Of a stretch of 64,000 bases of DNA, positions 11,896-25,175 are shown piece by piece (within the stretch, counting starts at the first letter, position 1; each line of letters starts with the position of its first letter). Location: the NCBI RefSeq assembly GCF_006345805.1, contig NC_042999.1:50034001-50098000 (forward strand), given 5' to 3'. The position numbers and the translations under genes are program-made. Source of the DNA: Octopus sinensis. Taxonomy: Eukaryota. The notes under the pieces were generated by a model. That model was not told the DNA's origin and did no database searches. It saw only the letters and a program-made list of their open reading frames with translations.

Positions 11896-12067
11896 CATAA
11901 GATAATGTCTTGAAAACACTGAACAAAAGTCAGGATGGTCACAGCTGGAATGGCTTTGGCCATGATGATGACATAAGATAATGTCTTGAAAACACTGAAC
12001 AAAAGTCAGGATGGTCACAGCTGGAATGGCTTTGGCCATCAGTTGGGTTCATTGATGCTGTAATTTA

Positions 12068-12633
12068 TTGGGTTGTCCGGAATGGTCATGCCGATTTATA
12101 GTAGCTTACCTTTCGACTTTTTTTAGAACATGGTTGAGTCCATAAAATAGGATTTGACTACACCTCCCTTTAGAGCACAGTTTAAGCTATCTTTTTGTGG
12201 AAGAAGGTTTATGTTCCTATAACCTGTGTTAATTCTGTAACCCTTTAAAATGGAAGATAAGAAAGTTCATTTTCGACACTTGATGCTATGGGAGCCAGAC
12301 AAAAATTGCTGCAGCTCGGCTGCGATGTGTTATCCCACCCTCCATATTCACCAGATATTGCTCCTTCAAATTTCCACTTATTCAGGTCTCTACAGGATAG
12401 TCTTAATGGTAAAAATTTCAATTCCTTGGATGACGTAAAAAGAAACATTGATGAATTCTTTGCCATGAAACCATCTCAATTCTGGGAAGAGGGTATTTTA
12501 AAGTTAAAGGAAAGATGGAGACACATTGTGCAACAAAATGGTTCATATTTGTTTGATTAAAAGTGTAATGGCTAGTACTTATTGACCTTTTTCTTTCCTT
12601 TAAAAATCAGCATGAACTTTCCAGACAGCCCAA
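12068..12633 (+). mobile_element. Internally deleted mariner element (mellifera-subfamily-like)
   Basis: TA|ttgggttgtccggaatggtcatg ... catgaactttccagacagcccaa|TA terminal inverted repeats. N-terminal MEDKKVHFRHLML is fused to C-terminal ...HPPYSPDIAPSNFHLFRSLQDSLNGKNF...ERWRHIVQQNGSYLFD*. Confidence 0.92.
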
Positions 12634-13238
12634 TAGTATCACTCCAACTGTCACTGTCTCTGTAACCACCAGCACTATCACCCACACAACAATCACAAAT
12701 ACTACCAACACCACCATTACCACAATCAGTACCACCCACATTAACTTCACTCCATCAACTCCTCCAAAACCACCAACACAACCTACCACAACTTTTAGTT
12801 CTTCCATCGATACAAATTTGACCATCACCAACAGTAACACCAGCACCGCCAATCTTTCCATTATCACCGCCGACAGCAAAAACAACAACACCTACACCAC
12901 AACACAACACCTTCACCATCACCACCACTATGCTAATTTATCACCTCTGCCAACGCAACTCTATATCTGTAATCGGCGCTATGACCAATATTATAAATGC
13001 TCAAACATCATTTATTCTATAACTGTAAAATTAAAATAACCTTAACTTCCTAGAGAGGAGATTAAAAAAAAAAGCAATAATTATAGTGTGTGTGTGTTTG
13101 TTTGTTTGTGTGTATAGAAATCAATAAACATTAAAATCAAATTGCAAAATTAGATTAGAATTATCAATAGAATTGTAATTATAGTGTGAAATAAAATATA
13201 TTTAAACATTCATTAAGACAAAGCATATACGCGTGTGT

Positions 13239-13282
<44 letters not shown>

Positions 13283-14239
13283 GAGAGGAGAGGGTAAAAG
13301 AAAGAGGATAAAGAGCAAATGACAGAAAGAGAGTAAGTGAAAGAGTGAGAAGGAAGAAGAATGAGTTATGTCTTTTAATTGTTTCAAAAGGTCATCTTGA
13401 AGAAGACCGGAGACATCATAAGTATCTAAGGTAAACGCCCCGTGGTGAAGACCATCTCACTTTAAGTGACATCTACACAAGGAATTGATTAACAAAGCAC
13501 TGGAATCTAGCTGAACATTTGTCAATTTTATGGTGCTGCTGCAGACGTAGTACTAATGTTCTGTTAAATGGATGAAGCCACAGAAAGTGAAGTATCTTAT
13601 GATTGAGTGGTTAAGAAGCTCACTTTGCAACCATGTGGTTTTGGGTTCAGTCCCATGGTGCAGTACCTTGGGCAAATGTCTTCTACTATAGCCAGCCCTA
13701 GGCTGGCCAATGGCGTGGGGATTGGGTGAATTTGGTAGATGGGAGTAAAGTGGAATCTTATATATATATATATATATACATACACACACACATATAACAG
13801 CAACAGCAGCAGCAGCAGCAGCAGCCGCCGCCGCCGCGGTTATCCTTAGAGTTTCAGCTGGTTACACTTGAGACTGTTCAAATCTTGCTAATCCCAAAAA
13901 TATAAGCTAAGAGCATTAAATATTTTGGAAGAAAGCAAGTGAATGTGTATGACAACAAAGGCAAAAAAAGAAAAAAAAAAACGGAGAAAATGTTACAGAA
14001 TTACAAATACAAGCAACAAGAAAATAACAACAGGTGTCTTTCGACTAAGAGATGAATCAAGTTGAGCTGGCGTGTGTAGGGGAAAGCCTTGACAGACAGA
14101 CAGATAAAGAGGCAAACAGACAGACAGACAGATAGGTAGGTAGATATTAAATAATGAGGGTAGAAATTGATATCAATCAATATCAATTTAAACCAGTGGT
14201 CTAGCATATTCAAAAAAAATCTGAAGATTTAAAATAATT

Positions 14240-14334
14240 AGATAGGGAGATAGGTCGATAGATAGATAGATAAATAGATGTAATATAATTAGATAATTAG
14301 ATAGGTAGATAGAAAGAAAGAAAGAAAGAAAGAT

Positions 14335-14367
<33 letters not shown>

Positions 14368-14490
14368 CAGATAGACAGATAGATAGATAAATAGAAAAAT
14401 AGATAAATAGACAGACAGACAGACAGACAGGCAGACAGACAGACAGACAGACAGACAGGCAGGCAGACAGACAGACAGACAGACAGACAT

Positions 14491-14534
<44 letters not shown>

Positions 14535-14562
14535 GTAGATAGATAGATAGATAGATAGATAT
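14240..14562. repeat. Compound (AGAT)n/(AGAC)n/(AAAG)n tetranucleotide array
   Basis: Read directly. Confidence 0.95.
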
Positions 14563-15721
14563 AGGTTCTGTTATCCATAGCAGAAGTGTTAAGGTTGCAT
14601 TCCCTGGTGAAGAGGATTGGCCTACAAGAGCCCTGTGATGGTGCCACATAAAAAGTACTCATGCTGGTGCCACATAATGAGCACTCGTGCCAGTGCCATG
14701 AGAGGGCCTTTTGTGCCAGTGTCACGTTAAAAGCAGCCAGCACACACTGTAATGTGGCTATTACTGGGAAGGGCATCTAGCTGCAGAAGCGAAGGCAAAT
14801 CAGACTGGAACCTGGTGCAGATTCCCAGCTTCCCAGCTCTGGTAAAACCGTCCAACCCATGCCAGCATTGAAAACGGAATTAAAGAATGATGGTAATGAA
14901 GATGACATAGATATATAAGATGTTCTCCCAGAAATCCAAAGATATGACAGTGAAAAAGACAGACAGAGCAAAGCAGATAGGGAGAAAGAAAACAGCTAGT
15001 GAGAGAGAGAGAGAGAGACAGAGAGAGAGAAAATGGCTTTTGAGAAAATGATGTAGAATTACAGCAGAGCAGAAGAGAGAGTTATGGATTAATAAAAGTG
15101 CAGTTGTGTATGTTTATTAGTCCATATAAAACTACTCTAATTAAACTTTATAAGAAATGAAGGCTCCTGACAGATTGATAATTATGAAATAAATTTAAAT
15201 ATTTTATAGAATATTTATCAAATGATTAATAATCATAAAACAAATTCAAATATAAAATATGTATGAAATATGTATTAAGTGACCGTTACATTTAATAACA
15301 ATTCTAATGATTCTCGTCAAATGTTTGCCTAATCTAATAGTAATGTAAATTCCTTGAGATTTCCACATGTGGAAGGTTATAATGCTGAAAATTATTACTG
15401 TGTTACCTACCAGCCCAGAATGGTCTAGCATAGAGAACATCAATATTCATTGATATATATATATATATATATATATATATTCTTTCATTCTTTTATTTGT
15501 TTCAGTCATTTGACTGCAGCGATGCTGGGGCAGTGCCTTTGGTCGAGCAAATCAACTCCAGGATTTATTCTTTGTAAGCCTAGTATTTATTCTTTTGGTC
15601 TGCTTTGCTGAACCACTAAGTTACGGGTATGTAAACACACCAGCATCAGTTGTCAAGTGATGTTGGGGGGAACAAATACAGACACACAAACATACACACA
15701 CACACACACACATATATATAT

Positions 15722-16060
15722 AGTGAAGGTACATGAGTCAGTGGTTAGAGCATTGAGCTTACGATCGTGAGGTTGTGAGTTCGGATCCCGGACCGGGCTG
15801 CATGTTGTGTTCTTGAACAAGACACTTTATTTCACTTTGCTCTAGTTCACTCAGCTGTAGAAATGAGTTGCGATGTCACTGGTGCCAAGCTGTATTGGCC
15901 TTTGTCTTTCCCTTGGATAACCTCAGTGGTGTGCAGAGGGGAGGCTGGCATGCATGGGCGACTGCTGGCCTTCCATAAACAACCTTGCCCAAACTTGTGC
16001 CTGGGAGGGTAACTTTCTAGGTGCAACCCCATGGTCAGTCATGACTGCAGGGGGTCCTTA
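15722..16060 (+). mobile_element. tRNA-derived SINE family D nested in the (TA)n of a family A SINE
   Basis: Head tcagtggttagagc...gagttcggatccc and core ttcttgaacaagacacttt...cactcagctgtagaaatgag. A second copy at ~59024-59350 also follows (TA)n, and a partial one lies near 36670-36770. Confidence 0.84.
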
Positions 16061-16648
16061 ATATATATACGACGGGCTTCTTTCAGTTTCCATTACCAAA
16101 TCCACTCATAAGGCTTTGGTTAGTCCGAGGCTATAGTAGAAGACACTTGCACAAGGTGCTACACAGTGGGACTGAACCCAGAACCATGTGGTTGGTAAGC
16201 AAGCTACTTACCACAGAGCCACTCCTAATTCCATTTAAAATTTCCATCAGTTCTGAAAAATTTGGCTTAGTTAAATGTCAGAGACACATAATTACTGTTC
16301 TTAACAAGAATGGTAGCCGTTAGATGAACAGTAAATTGGGATGCTAAGATAAAATTAGACAATTAGTGCAGAGAATATTAATTATCCCAATGGCTAATTA
16401 TGGTCAAAAAAAAAAAAAAGGCAAGGGAGACAACCATCAAATTTTGATCAATTAATATTAATTAAATATGAAATGCAAAGAAGGCTGTCAAATGAACAGC
16501 TGTTTGTCACGGTTTGAATGCACTAAATAGGTTAAACCAGAATTTCCCAATTGTAAAAGAGATTGATAGGGGCTCTGTAAGAAACTGATAGGGAGTCAGT
16601 GAGAAATAGTGATAGACAGGCTAATTATGGGGCCACATCTGTATTCTA

Positions 16649-17052
16649 TACTCTTTACTCTTTTACTTGTTTCAGTCATTTGACTGCGGCCATGCTGGAG
16701 CACCACCTTTAGTCGAGCAAATCGACCCCGGGACTTATTCTTTGTAAGCCCAGTACTTATTCTATCGGTCTCTATTGCCGAACTGCTAAGTGACAGGGAC
16801 GTAAACACACCAGCATCGGTTGTCAAGCAATGCTAGGGGGACAAACACAGACACAAAAACACACACACGCATATATATATACATGTATACGACAGGCTTC
16901 TTTCAGTTTCCGTCTACCAAATCCACTCACAAGGCATTGGTCGGCCTGGGGCTATAGCAGAAGACACTTGCCCAAGATGCCACGCAGTGGGACTGAACCC
17001 GCAACCATGTGGTTGGTAAGCAAGCTACTTACCACACAGCCACTCCTGCGCC
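16649..17052 (-). mobile_element. tRNA-derived SINE family A, near-intact copy
   Basis: Head ggcgcaggagTGGCTGTGTGGtaag...GGTTCAGTCCC, internal (TA)/(TG)n, tail (GTAAAAGA)n. This is the dominant repeat. Partial or nested copies also lie near 13600, 15480-16225, 17200-17470, 21785-22670, 23500-23870, 28450-28710, 50515, 53120, 54620, 54950-55175, 55260-55460, 58560-59010, 60895-61157 and 63870-64000. Confidence 0.9.
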
Positions 17053-18463
17053 TATATTCATAATTATATTTTATACTGTTGTACATTTGAAATCGTGGCA
17101 TCTGTAGGTAGTAAGGAGACCCTACAGGAAAAATTACTTCTTTACATGGAATTGAAAAGGAATTTGGTCTAAAGAAGTTTTAGTCATATAAAATTTCTTG
17201 AGCAAGAGTATTCTATTACAGTCTTGGTAGGTGGAGACTGAAAGAAGCTCATTGTATATGTGTATGTGATTGTCCCCTACCAACCCTTAACAACTGGTGT
17301 TGGGGTGCTTATGTCTCCATAACTTAGCAGTTCAGCAAAAGAGTCTGATAGAATAAGTACCAGGTTTTAAAAAAACTAATAAGTACTGGGGTTGATCCAT
17401 TCACCTAAAATTTCTTCAAAGCAATGCCCCAGCATGGCCACAGTCAGATGACTGGAACAAGTAAAAGATAAATGATGGAAGATATATGATAATGTCTGAA
17501 AAAGTCATTGCAGGTCCTTTATGTGAATTTGGGTCTCCCATAAGCTTTAATGCACTTAAATGGGGTTTTTTTAAAAAATATATTCTGCTGAAATTGGGAG
17601 GCATCTAATATGACCAAGCATCTTTTATACCACCAAATGCAGTAGTTTCCTTGGTTCTATCAAACTGATGACTGCCACACTACCACCACCAACACCACTG
17701 CACCCAGCACCCAGGTACATTGCTTGACTTTTAGAGGTCCCCTACAACTTTTTGTTTCGAGGCTCCATCCCTTCAATCAAAATTCATAATCTACACACCT
17801 TTAATTCATAGCTATACTTTACTTTATTCTATCTGCAGTACAATATTTCATGTTATCCTAAAGAACATATTTAGGTAGGGATGTTTGTGGAACAATGCAA
17901 TATTTTTACAAGAACTTTTATAGGTACAGTGTATTACCATTTTATTTCTTGAAATTCTCAGGTAACATAGGTAGTTTAATTCTTGTACCTTAACCAAAGT
18001 AAATAAGATGACTCATCTACATGCTTTGATTTTTACATGGGGCCTCTCAACTGCATAGGCCTCCTGTGACTGCAGCGGTTTCAGGGGCTTAGCGACAGCC
18101 CTGCTGGCACCATCACCATCACCAATACCACATCTATTAAATCTCTCTCAAATCATACCCCACTACTTCAAGAAAGAAAATAATACATTCAGTAATGTAA
18201 CTAGAGAAACATGTCTGAAAAAAGAGAACAAGATGGCCATAATTGGAAGACTTTTGATTAAATCTGCTCAATGAGAGAAAATTAACCACAAATCAGCATT
18301 AAAGAATTCCTAATTAATTCTGGAGTTCTGATAATTAAGTGAGAAAGCAACATACTTTTTTACATACTTTCAATGATTAAATAAAGTTTGAAAAGATTAT
18401 TTCATCAAAAGAATTGTTAAAATCTTGATTAAAAAATTTCTAAAACAAAATCCTTGCATTTAC

Positions 18464-18624
18464 CTTCAGTGACAAATCTGACAACAACTGGTTTTTCACT
18501 GCCAGCAACAAAGCCAAACCCTCTGTGAGGGTCTCTTGACAAAGTGACGTCTCTGGGTTGAGGAGGCTCAATGTAATCAACATCTTCTCTTGGATCAGCT
18601 CTTGTTGTGTAACGTTCGATGTGG
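18464..18624 (-). CDS. FRMPD4: Internal coding exon of a FERM and PDZ domain-containing protein (FRMPD4/Preso1-like): end of WW domain plus N-terminal half of PDZ domain
   Basis: Minus strand: ttttatcttccAG|C CAC ATC GAA...ACT GAA G|GTaaat. 161 nt, phase 2 to phase 1, encoding (N)[53 protein letters not shown](G). This matches the recalled FRMPD4 segment INH...DDPR...[34 protein letters not shown]. The paralogue assignment (FRMPD1/3/4) is not resolved. Confidence 0.88.
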
Positions 18625-19006
18625 CTGGAAGATAAAACCAAAATAATAGTTGGGTTACATGTCTTAAAGTTATTATACAGTTAATTAAACTAATTGCTGA
18701 AATACTTCAACTCTCGGGAGAGTTGTGCTTTGGGAGGGTCATTGCACCAGTTATAATAAACACACACACATTATTTCTTATATTATTGTTTATCATAAGG
18801 TGATGAACAGGCAGAATCATTAGCAAAATGTTCAGCAGCATTTTGTTGACCTTCATGTTCTGAGTTCAAATTCTGTCAAGGTTGACTTTGCCTTTCATCC
18901 TTCAGGGTCGATAAAATAAGTACCAGTTGAACACAGGAGTTGATCTAATCAATTTACCCATCCCCTGAAATTGCTGGCCTTGTGCCAAAATTTGAAATCA
19001 TTATTA

Positions 19007-19314
19007 TTATCTTAGCAAAGGCAGAGGTACTGTTTTCAGTTATGTTTGTTTTTTTGCTTGTTTTTTGTCTGTGGACAAGATATCTCAAGAACTGCTGGAT
19101 GGATTTGGATGAAACTTTCAGGGATGTTTGGTCTTGTAACTGGCACAAACTGATTAGATTTTGGGATTGATCCAATACTGGACAAGTATTCTGAATTATT
19201 TGCTCTATTTACTTTACATGAAATATTACAAGATATTCTCATTTTAAAAATCATCTCCAGCTAATCATTGAGAGGACGTTGGTGTTGCCTTGGCAGAGAT
19301 TTGCACTCTCTAAG

Positions 19315-19320
<6 letters not shown>
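19007..19320 (+). mobile_element. Helentron-associated (HINE/DINE-1-like) non-autonomous element
   Basis: 5' tcttagcaaaggcagagg (decayed subTIR plus its inverted copy), a gtttgttt-type simple repeat, a core atatctcaagaactgctggatggatttggatgaaactt, and a 3' subTIR cttggcagagat with a short terminal stem, embedded in (ATT)n. Confidence 0.55.
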
Positions 19321-19364
<44 letters not shown>

Positions 19365-19727
19365 GGTGTAATGATTTTCCCAAGACACAGAATTTGTTTC
19401 AACACACAAATTTATGCCAAGAATCTTGCAAGCTACATACAAAAGCAAAATGAAATGCATCAATATATTATTCAAACAATTCATTTCTAATAAATCAGGG
19501 CATCACGAAGTGAAGGATAATGTTTTAAGGAGGAATTTTCCTTTTCATTCTTTTTTCTTTCTTTTCTTTAAATAACAAAGGTGCAAGCCATATAATTAAG
19601 AAATTCATTTAATGAACACGTGCATCCAGATTCAATCCTACAGCATGGTACACTGGCCAAATGTTTTCCCTTGTAGCCTCAGATTAGATAACATTTGTGA
19701 ATGAGATTTTGTAGACAAAGACATGTC

Positions 19728-20152
<425 letters not shown>

Positions 20153-20159
20153 AAACATG

Positions 20160-20392
20160 AAGGCGGTGAGATGGCAGAAACGTTAGCATGCCAGGCAAAA
20201 TGCATAGCCGCATTTCGTCTGCCGTTACATTCTTAGTTCAAATTCCGCTGAGGTCGACTTTGCCTTTCATCCTTTCGGGGTCGATAAATAAAGTACCAGT
20301 TACGCACTGGGGTCGATGTAATCGACTTAATCCCTTTGTCTGTCCTTGTTTGTCCCCTCTGTGTGTAGCCCCTTGTGGACAATAAAGAAATA
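20160..20392 (+). mobile_element. tRNA-derived SINE family B, representative copy
   Basis: Head aggcggtgagatggcagaaacgttagc...agttcaaattcc, body ggggtcgatgtaatcgac, tail aataaagaaata. Other copies lie near 6028-6240, 18810-19000, 22905-23500, 32843-33072, 36258-36492, 36780-36910, 41040-41220, 45505-45610, 45925-46140 and 62755-62930. Confidence 0.88.
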
Positions 20393-21999
20393 TATATATA
20401 TATATAGAAACATTATTTCTAAATCTCTGAAAGAGAGATATTCAATAACAGTTCTTTAAAATAAAGACTATTTGGCAACATAATGTGGCTGTCCTGGATG
20501 GGATGATTGTTACTGCTGTTTAGCCCCAAGAAACATCGTTTCCAGCAGGCTATATGACACAGATATTGTGTCATATAGCCAGATGGAAACAATGTTGCCT
20601 GGGGCTAACAATGACAATTAATACTGTTACTGTTGCTTCGCTCTCTGGCCAGATTGGAGCAATCTCGAGTATAACAAGCTGAAATTGCAAAGATAATGTG
20701 GAACTCGACCGAGGATAGAAAACTCCAAATGACCCATCCTTGTTTTCCTCGTATTGTCTGACTGGATGTTTTGTTGTCCCTTTTTTGTATCATCTATCTG
20801 TTTAGATGTTTTGTATTCTTGTCCCTTTTTGTAAGATTAAAAGCATTTCAGCTGTGGCTGCTTTGTCACTTGAGTAATTATAATTTCATTGACAAATGTA
20901 CACTTCAGTGACAATGTACACTTCATTGTCTGTTTTTTTTTTTTCTATTGCTAAAGCAGAATGAAATCAGAAGATTTGACTGCTATTTCTTGCAATTTTT
21001 ATGTAACTATGCAAAAACTCACTTATTAGTTAGCCACTATTGGTAAATCTAGATAGCAATAAACTGAGATCTAAAATCACAACAACAGCGAAGTTTGAAG
21101 TCTGATATAAATGGTTTCGTAGTTGAAAACAACAGGTTCAACTATAAATTTTGCTATTATAAATTTGGGGAAACTTCACAGGTTTGGTAAATACCATGAT
21201 GAATAACAACAGTGTAAACTGATACACACATTATTGCCACTGGTCTCTTTTACTAACAAATATTTTATTGTTTTATTCAAAAAAACAAAAGACAATCAAT
21301 TTCCTTTGTAATGGCCCCTCATTTGCAATTTTATGTGTTTGTCTGAAACAATAATTTGTAGTTTTCTGCCAAGTATTCAGACCATAAATACATTTGTATT
21401 CGTATCAATTACAATGTAGAATTACTTTTAGTATTTCTTTAGTGTCTATAGACAGATATTCTTTTGGTTTTGGATCAGGTAAAAACCTGCCGCAGTATTG
21501 TTCATACCAATGGTAAACGGTAAATAATTATAACTTTTTGTTTCCTGAAAGTTTTTACATTTTAAAAAATTATTTTGTTTCATTTTTTCTTTCTGTCTTT
21601 TTTTTTGTTCTTTTGGGATGGATAAATTTATGATGAAAGTGAAGATAGAAGTCTACGTTAGCATTGAATACAGGATGTTAAAAGTAATACATGCATTAAC
21701 AGTACATGTTTAACCCAGAAATAGGTGACAAAAGCATGGCGAGACATACCAGATTTCATTAAAAAAAATATGTTTGCCTTAGGTTCAGGCATGGTTGTGT
21801 GGTAAGAAGTTTGCTTTGTAATCACATGGTTCCAGTTTCAATCCCACTGCATGGCACTTTGGGCAAATAAGTCTTCTACTATAACCTTAAGCTGACCAAA
21901 GCCTTGTGAGTGGATTTGGTAGACAGAAACTGAAAGAGGCCCATCGTATATGTGTTTGTGTCTGTGTTTGTCTTGCACTACCATTTGACAACTGCTGTT

Positions 22000-22481
22000 T
22001 TCTTCTTCCAATCAGGACTCACGCCATTAGCCACAAAGAATAACCTCTAATTCGAGCCTACTCTATGCTACTAAGAATGCGTGTGGCAACTTGAAGATCG
22101 AGCCACGTGATAGACTGGCGGTTGCATGGGTGCAAAAGCTACGTTGTTATCCTCATTCCGTAAATGGTGGCTTTTAACAGGTGGAGAGCTAAACCATCCT
22201 GGGGTACAGAGGATTCGCAATCTAGACTAGGGTCTGAAAGTTTACCACACCATAGTGGGTTACACCACAGTTCCTCTGCTTTGTGGTAGAAGTAGGAAGA
22301 AAGAGTGAGAGAAAGCTGTGGTGAAAGAGTACAGTGGGGTTCACCCCCACCCCTGCCAGAGCCTCATGGAGCTTAGGTGTTTTTGCTCAATAAACACTCG
22401 CAATGCCCGGTCTGAGAATCGAAACTGCGTTCTTATAACCGTGAGTCCGCTGCTCTAATCACTGGGCCATTACACCTCCAC
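22000..22481 (-). mobile_element. Composite retroposon: family C tRNA head plus a different GC-richer body, 12-bp TSD
   Basis: TSD acaactgctgtt at 21988-21999 and 22482-22493. It matches family C up to aggaagaaagagtgagag, then diverges for ~290 bp and ends in ggaagaagaaaa on the minus strand. Confidence 0.78.
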
Positions 22482-24636
22482 ACAACTGCTGTTGGTGTGT
22501 TTATATTGCCCACAATTTAACAGCTTGGCAAACAAGATCGATTGAATAAGTACCAGACTTCAAAAATAAATAAATACATAAGTACTGGAATTGATTTATT
22601 TGATTAAAAATTCTTCGAGGCAGTGCCCCAGCATGGCTACAGTCAAATGGCTGAAACAAGTAAAAGATAATAATTTAGAATACGAAGAGCTAAAACAAAT
22701 ATTGCAGGACATATTTTTCTTTTTTATCTTCTAGTTAGGAGGAGAAGCAGTGCTCTCAACAGTTCACAGGGCCTCTCAGATAATGAGTGGGAGGGAGGGA
22801 GGGTGGAAGATATATTCAAACCAGTGGTGTAACCCAAATGGTTGCAACAAAGTGGAGTCCACTAAAGGAACACATGGTGCTAAATAGTAACAGATTAAGT
22901 CTAGCAGCCTAGCATGCCACGGTGGAATTTGAACTCAGAACCCAAAGAACGAAAATTGATACCAGAAAAAAGCCACCAGTTTGAATTGGTACTTCTTTTA
23001 TTGACCCTCAAAGGACAAAATGCAAAGCTGACCTCAGTTTTATGTTTTACTTATCTTTTATGTTTTACATGTTTCATATTTCTTTATTGCCCACAAGGGG
23101 CTAAACATAGAGGGGACAAACAAGGACAGACAAACGGATTTAGTCGATTATATCGACCCCAGTGTGTAACTGGTACTTAATTTATCAACCCCAAAAGGAT
23201 GAAAGGCAAAGTCGACCTCGGCGGAATTTGAACTCAGAATGTAACAACAGGCAAAATACCTATTTCTTTACTACCCACAAGGGGCTAAACACAGAGAGGG
23301 CAAACAAGGACAGACAAACGGATTAAGTCAATTATATCGACTCCAGTGCATAACTGGTACTTATTTAATAGACCCTGAAAGGATGAAAGGCAAAGTCGAT
23401 CTCGATGGAATTTGAACTCAGAATGTAGCGGCAGACGAAATACCGCTAAGCATTTTGCCCACTGTGCTAACATTTCTGCCAGCTCACCACCTTTCTAATG
23501 TTTCAGTCATTAGACTGCGGCCATACTCGGGCAGCACCTTGAAGAATTTTAGTCAAAAGAATGAATCCCAGTATTTATCTTTTTTTAAACCTGGTATTTA
23601 TTCTATCAGTCTTTTTTTGCCAAACTGCTAAGTTACATGGAAGTAAACACACCAATACCAGTTTCAAGAGGTGGTGGAGAACAAAGACAGACACAAAGAC
23701 ACACACACACATGTGATGGTTGGCTTTCAATTTTGATCCACCAAATCCACTCGAGGTTTTCCATCAGCCCAGGTCTATAGCAGAAGACACTTGCCCAAGG
23801 TTCCACACAGTGGGACTGAACTTGAAACCATGTGAGTGGGGAGCAAACTACTTAACCACACATCCACACCTGAACACAGAGTGCTTGTTATCAGAAAAAA
23901 TACCACAAGGTATTCAATCTGATCTCATATGCTAAAGACTCTGCCAAAACCCCACCCTTGACTGGTTACTAAATTCTATCAAAATGAAAGGATGGAATGC
24001 AAATTCAAAACACAAAGATGAAACATAGACTAACCGTATTAAAAGAAACCAGCTGAAAAAAAACTGCTTGTGCTACAAGCCCACAAAGAAGCCTATATAT
24101 AGTTACCCAGCCTGCTAGAAATAATAAGTAGATTTGGTGATTTATGACTAACATCATACACATCCACATTCCTGAATTCCAATTTAACATCTCACCTAGA
24201 TCTTATTGTAATAAATACTAATGGTTATGATGATGATTGTGATGATGATGATGGTGATGATGATGATAGTGACGACAAAGACAATGATGATGATGATGAA
24301 GATGACTAAAGGTGGTGATGGTGGTGTTGATGGTGATGATGACAACGACGACGACGGAAGATAGGCATCTGACGTGAAGGGGATTAATTATGGTTCATTA
24401 TAGTTAATTAGGGTTAATTATAGTTTTCAAAAGTGAACATGAAGATAACTTTAGAATTTGAATCACTTAAAAATTAATTTAAAATTAAGAGAAGCAAACA
24501 GTGGGGAAGAAGAGAATCTGAATTAGGCATGTACAGGGATAACTTCAGGCATATTTCAGTCTTATTAGACTTCTTCAGTGAGACATAGTTTATCCATATT
24601 TGGTAGATCTTGAGATAACTAAGAAAATATATAGTA

Positions 24637-24872
24637 TTTAGCATTTAAACAGGTTATATCTGGCCCAAATAAATATGCTACCTATTTTAAGCTCAAACTG
24701 GCCATATATGGCCTCTTACTCACACCTTCCCTACAATGTCACTCTGAAAATAAACAATCATATCATTGCAATCTCTTTGCTAGAAGATAATACATGATTA
24801 ATTCAAGACAATGTGAATGAATAAATAAATAATTATTACATTTGACAGTGTAATCTGAATGTTAAAGGGATA
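24637..24872. mobile_element. Decayed piggyBac-type MITE (second family)
   Basis: Ends tttagcattta... and ...tgaatgttaaagggataa resemble ccctttagcatt / aatgctaaagggTTAA TIRs. The left terminus is eroded. A partial inverted copy lies near 39360-39435. Confidence 0.5.
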
Positions 24873-25142
24873 AAGGATGAAAAGGAAGGGGAATTACCCT
24901 AGGGACCACCTTCAGCATAGAAAACAAATAGTCAAGTGTATGTTGCACTAATACAACAAGCCAAAATATCTGTGATATCTAATGCAGTAAGCAGGAAAAA
25001 AAATTCATGATTTAATTCTGAAAAATTATATTTAATCTTGATAATAAACTAACACGGTTATTTAATAATTCTTAATCTTTCCTTTTTTACTAGATATTAT
25101 GATATCCTTCAGTTTGTCTCTTCTTTCCTCACTGCCTGTGTA

Positions 25143-25175
<33 letters not shown>

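Noticed and set aside
13797-13840. (CAG)n(CCG)n run suggestive of a polyQ/polyA exon
   Set aside because: It directly follows a SINE microsatellite, with no ORF or splice context.
16830-17063. Recurrent ORFs of the type MLGGQTQT...GYSRRHLPK / [21 protein letters not shown]
   Set aside because: Reading frames of SINE A copies, not a gene family.
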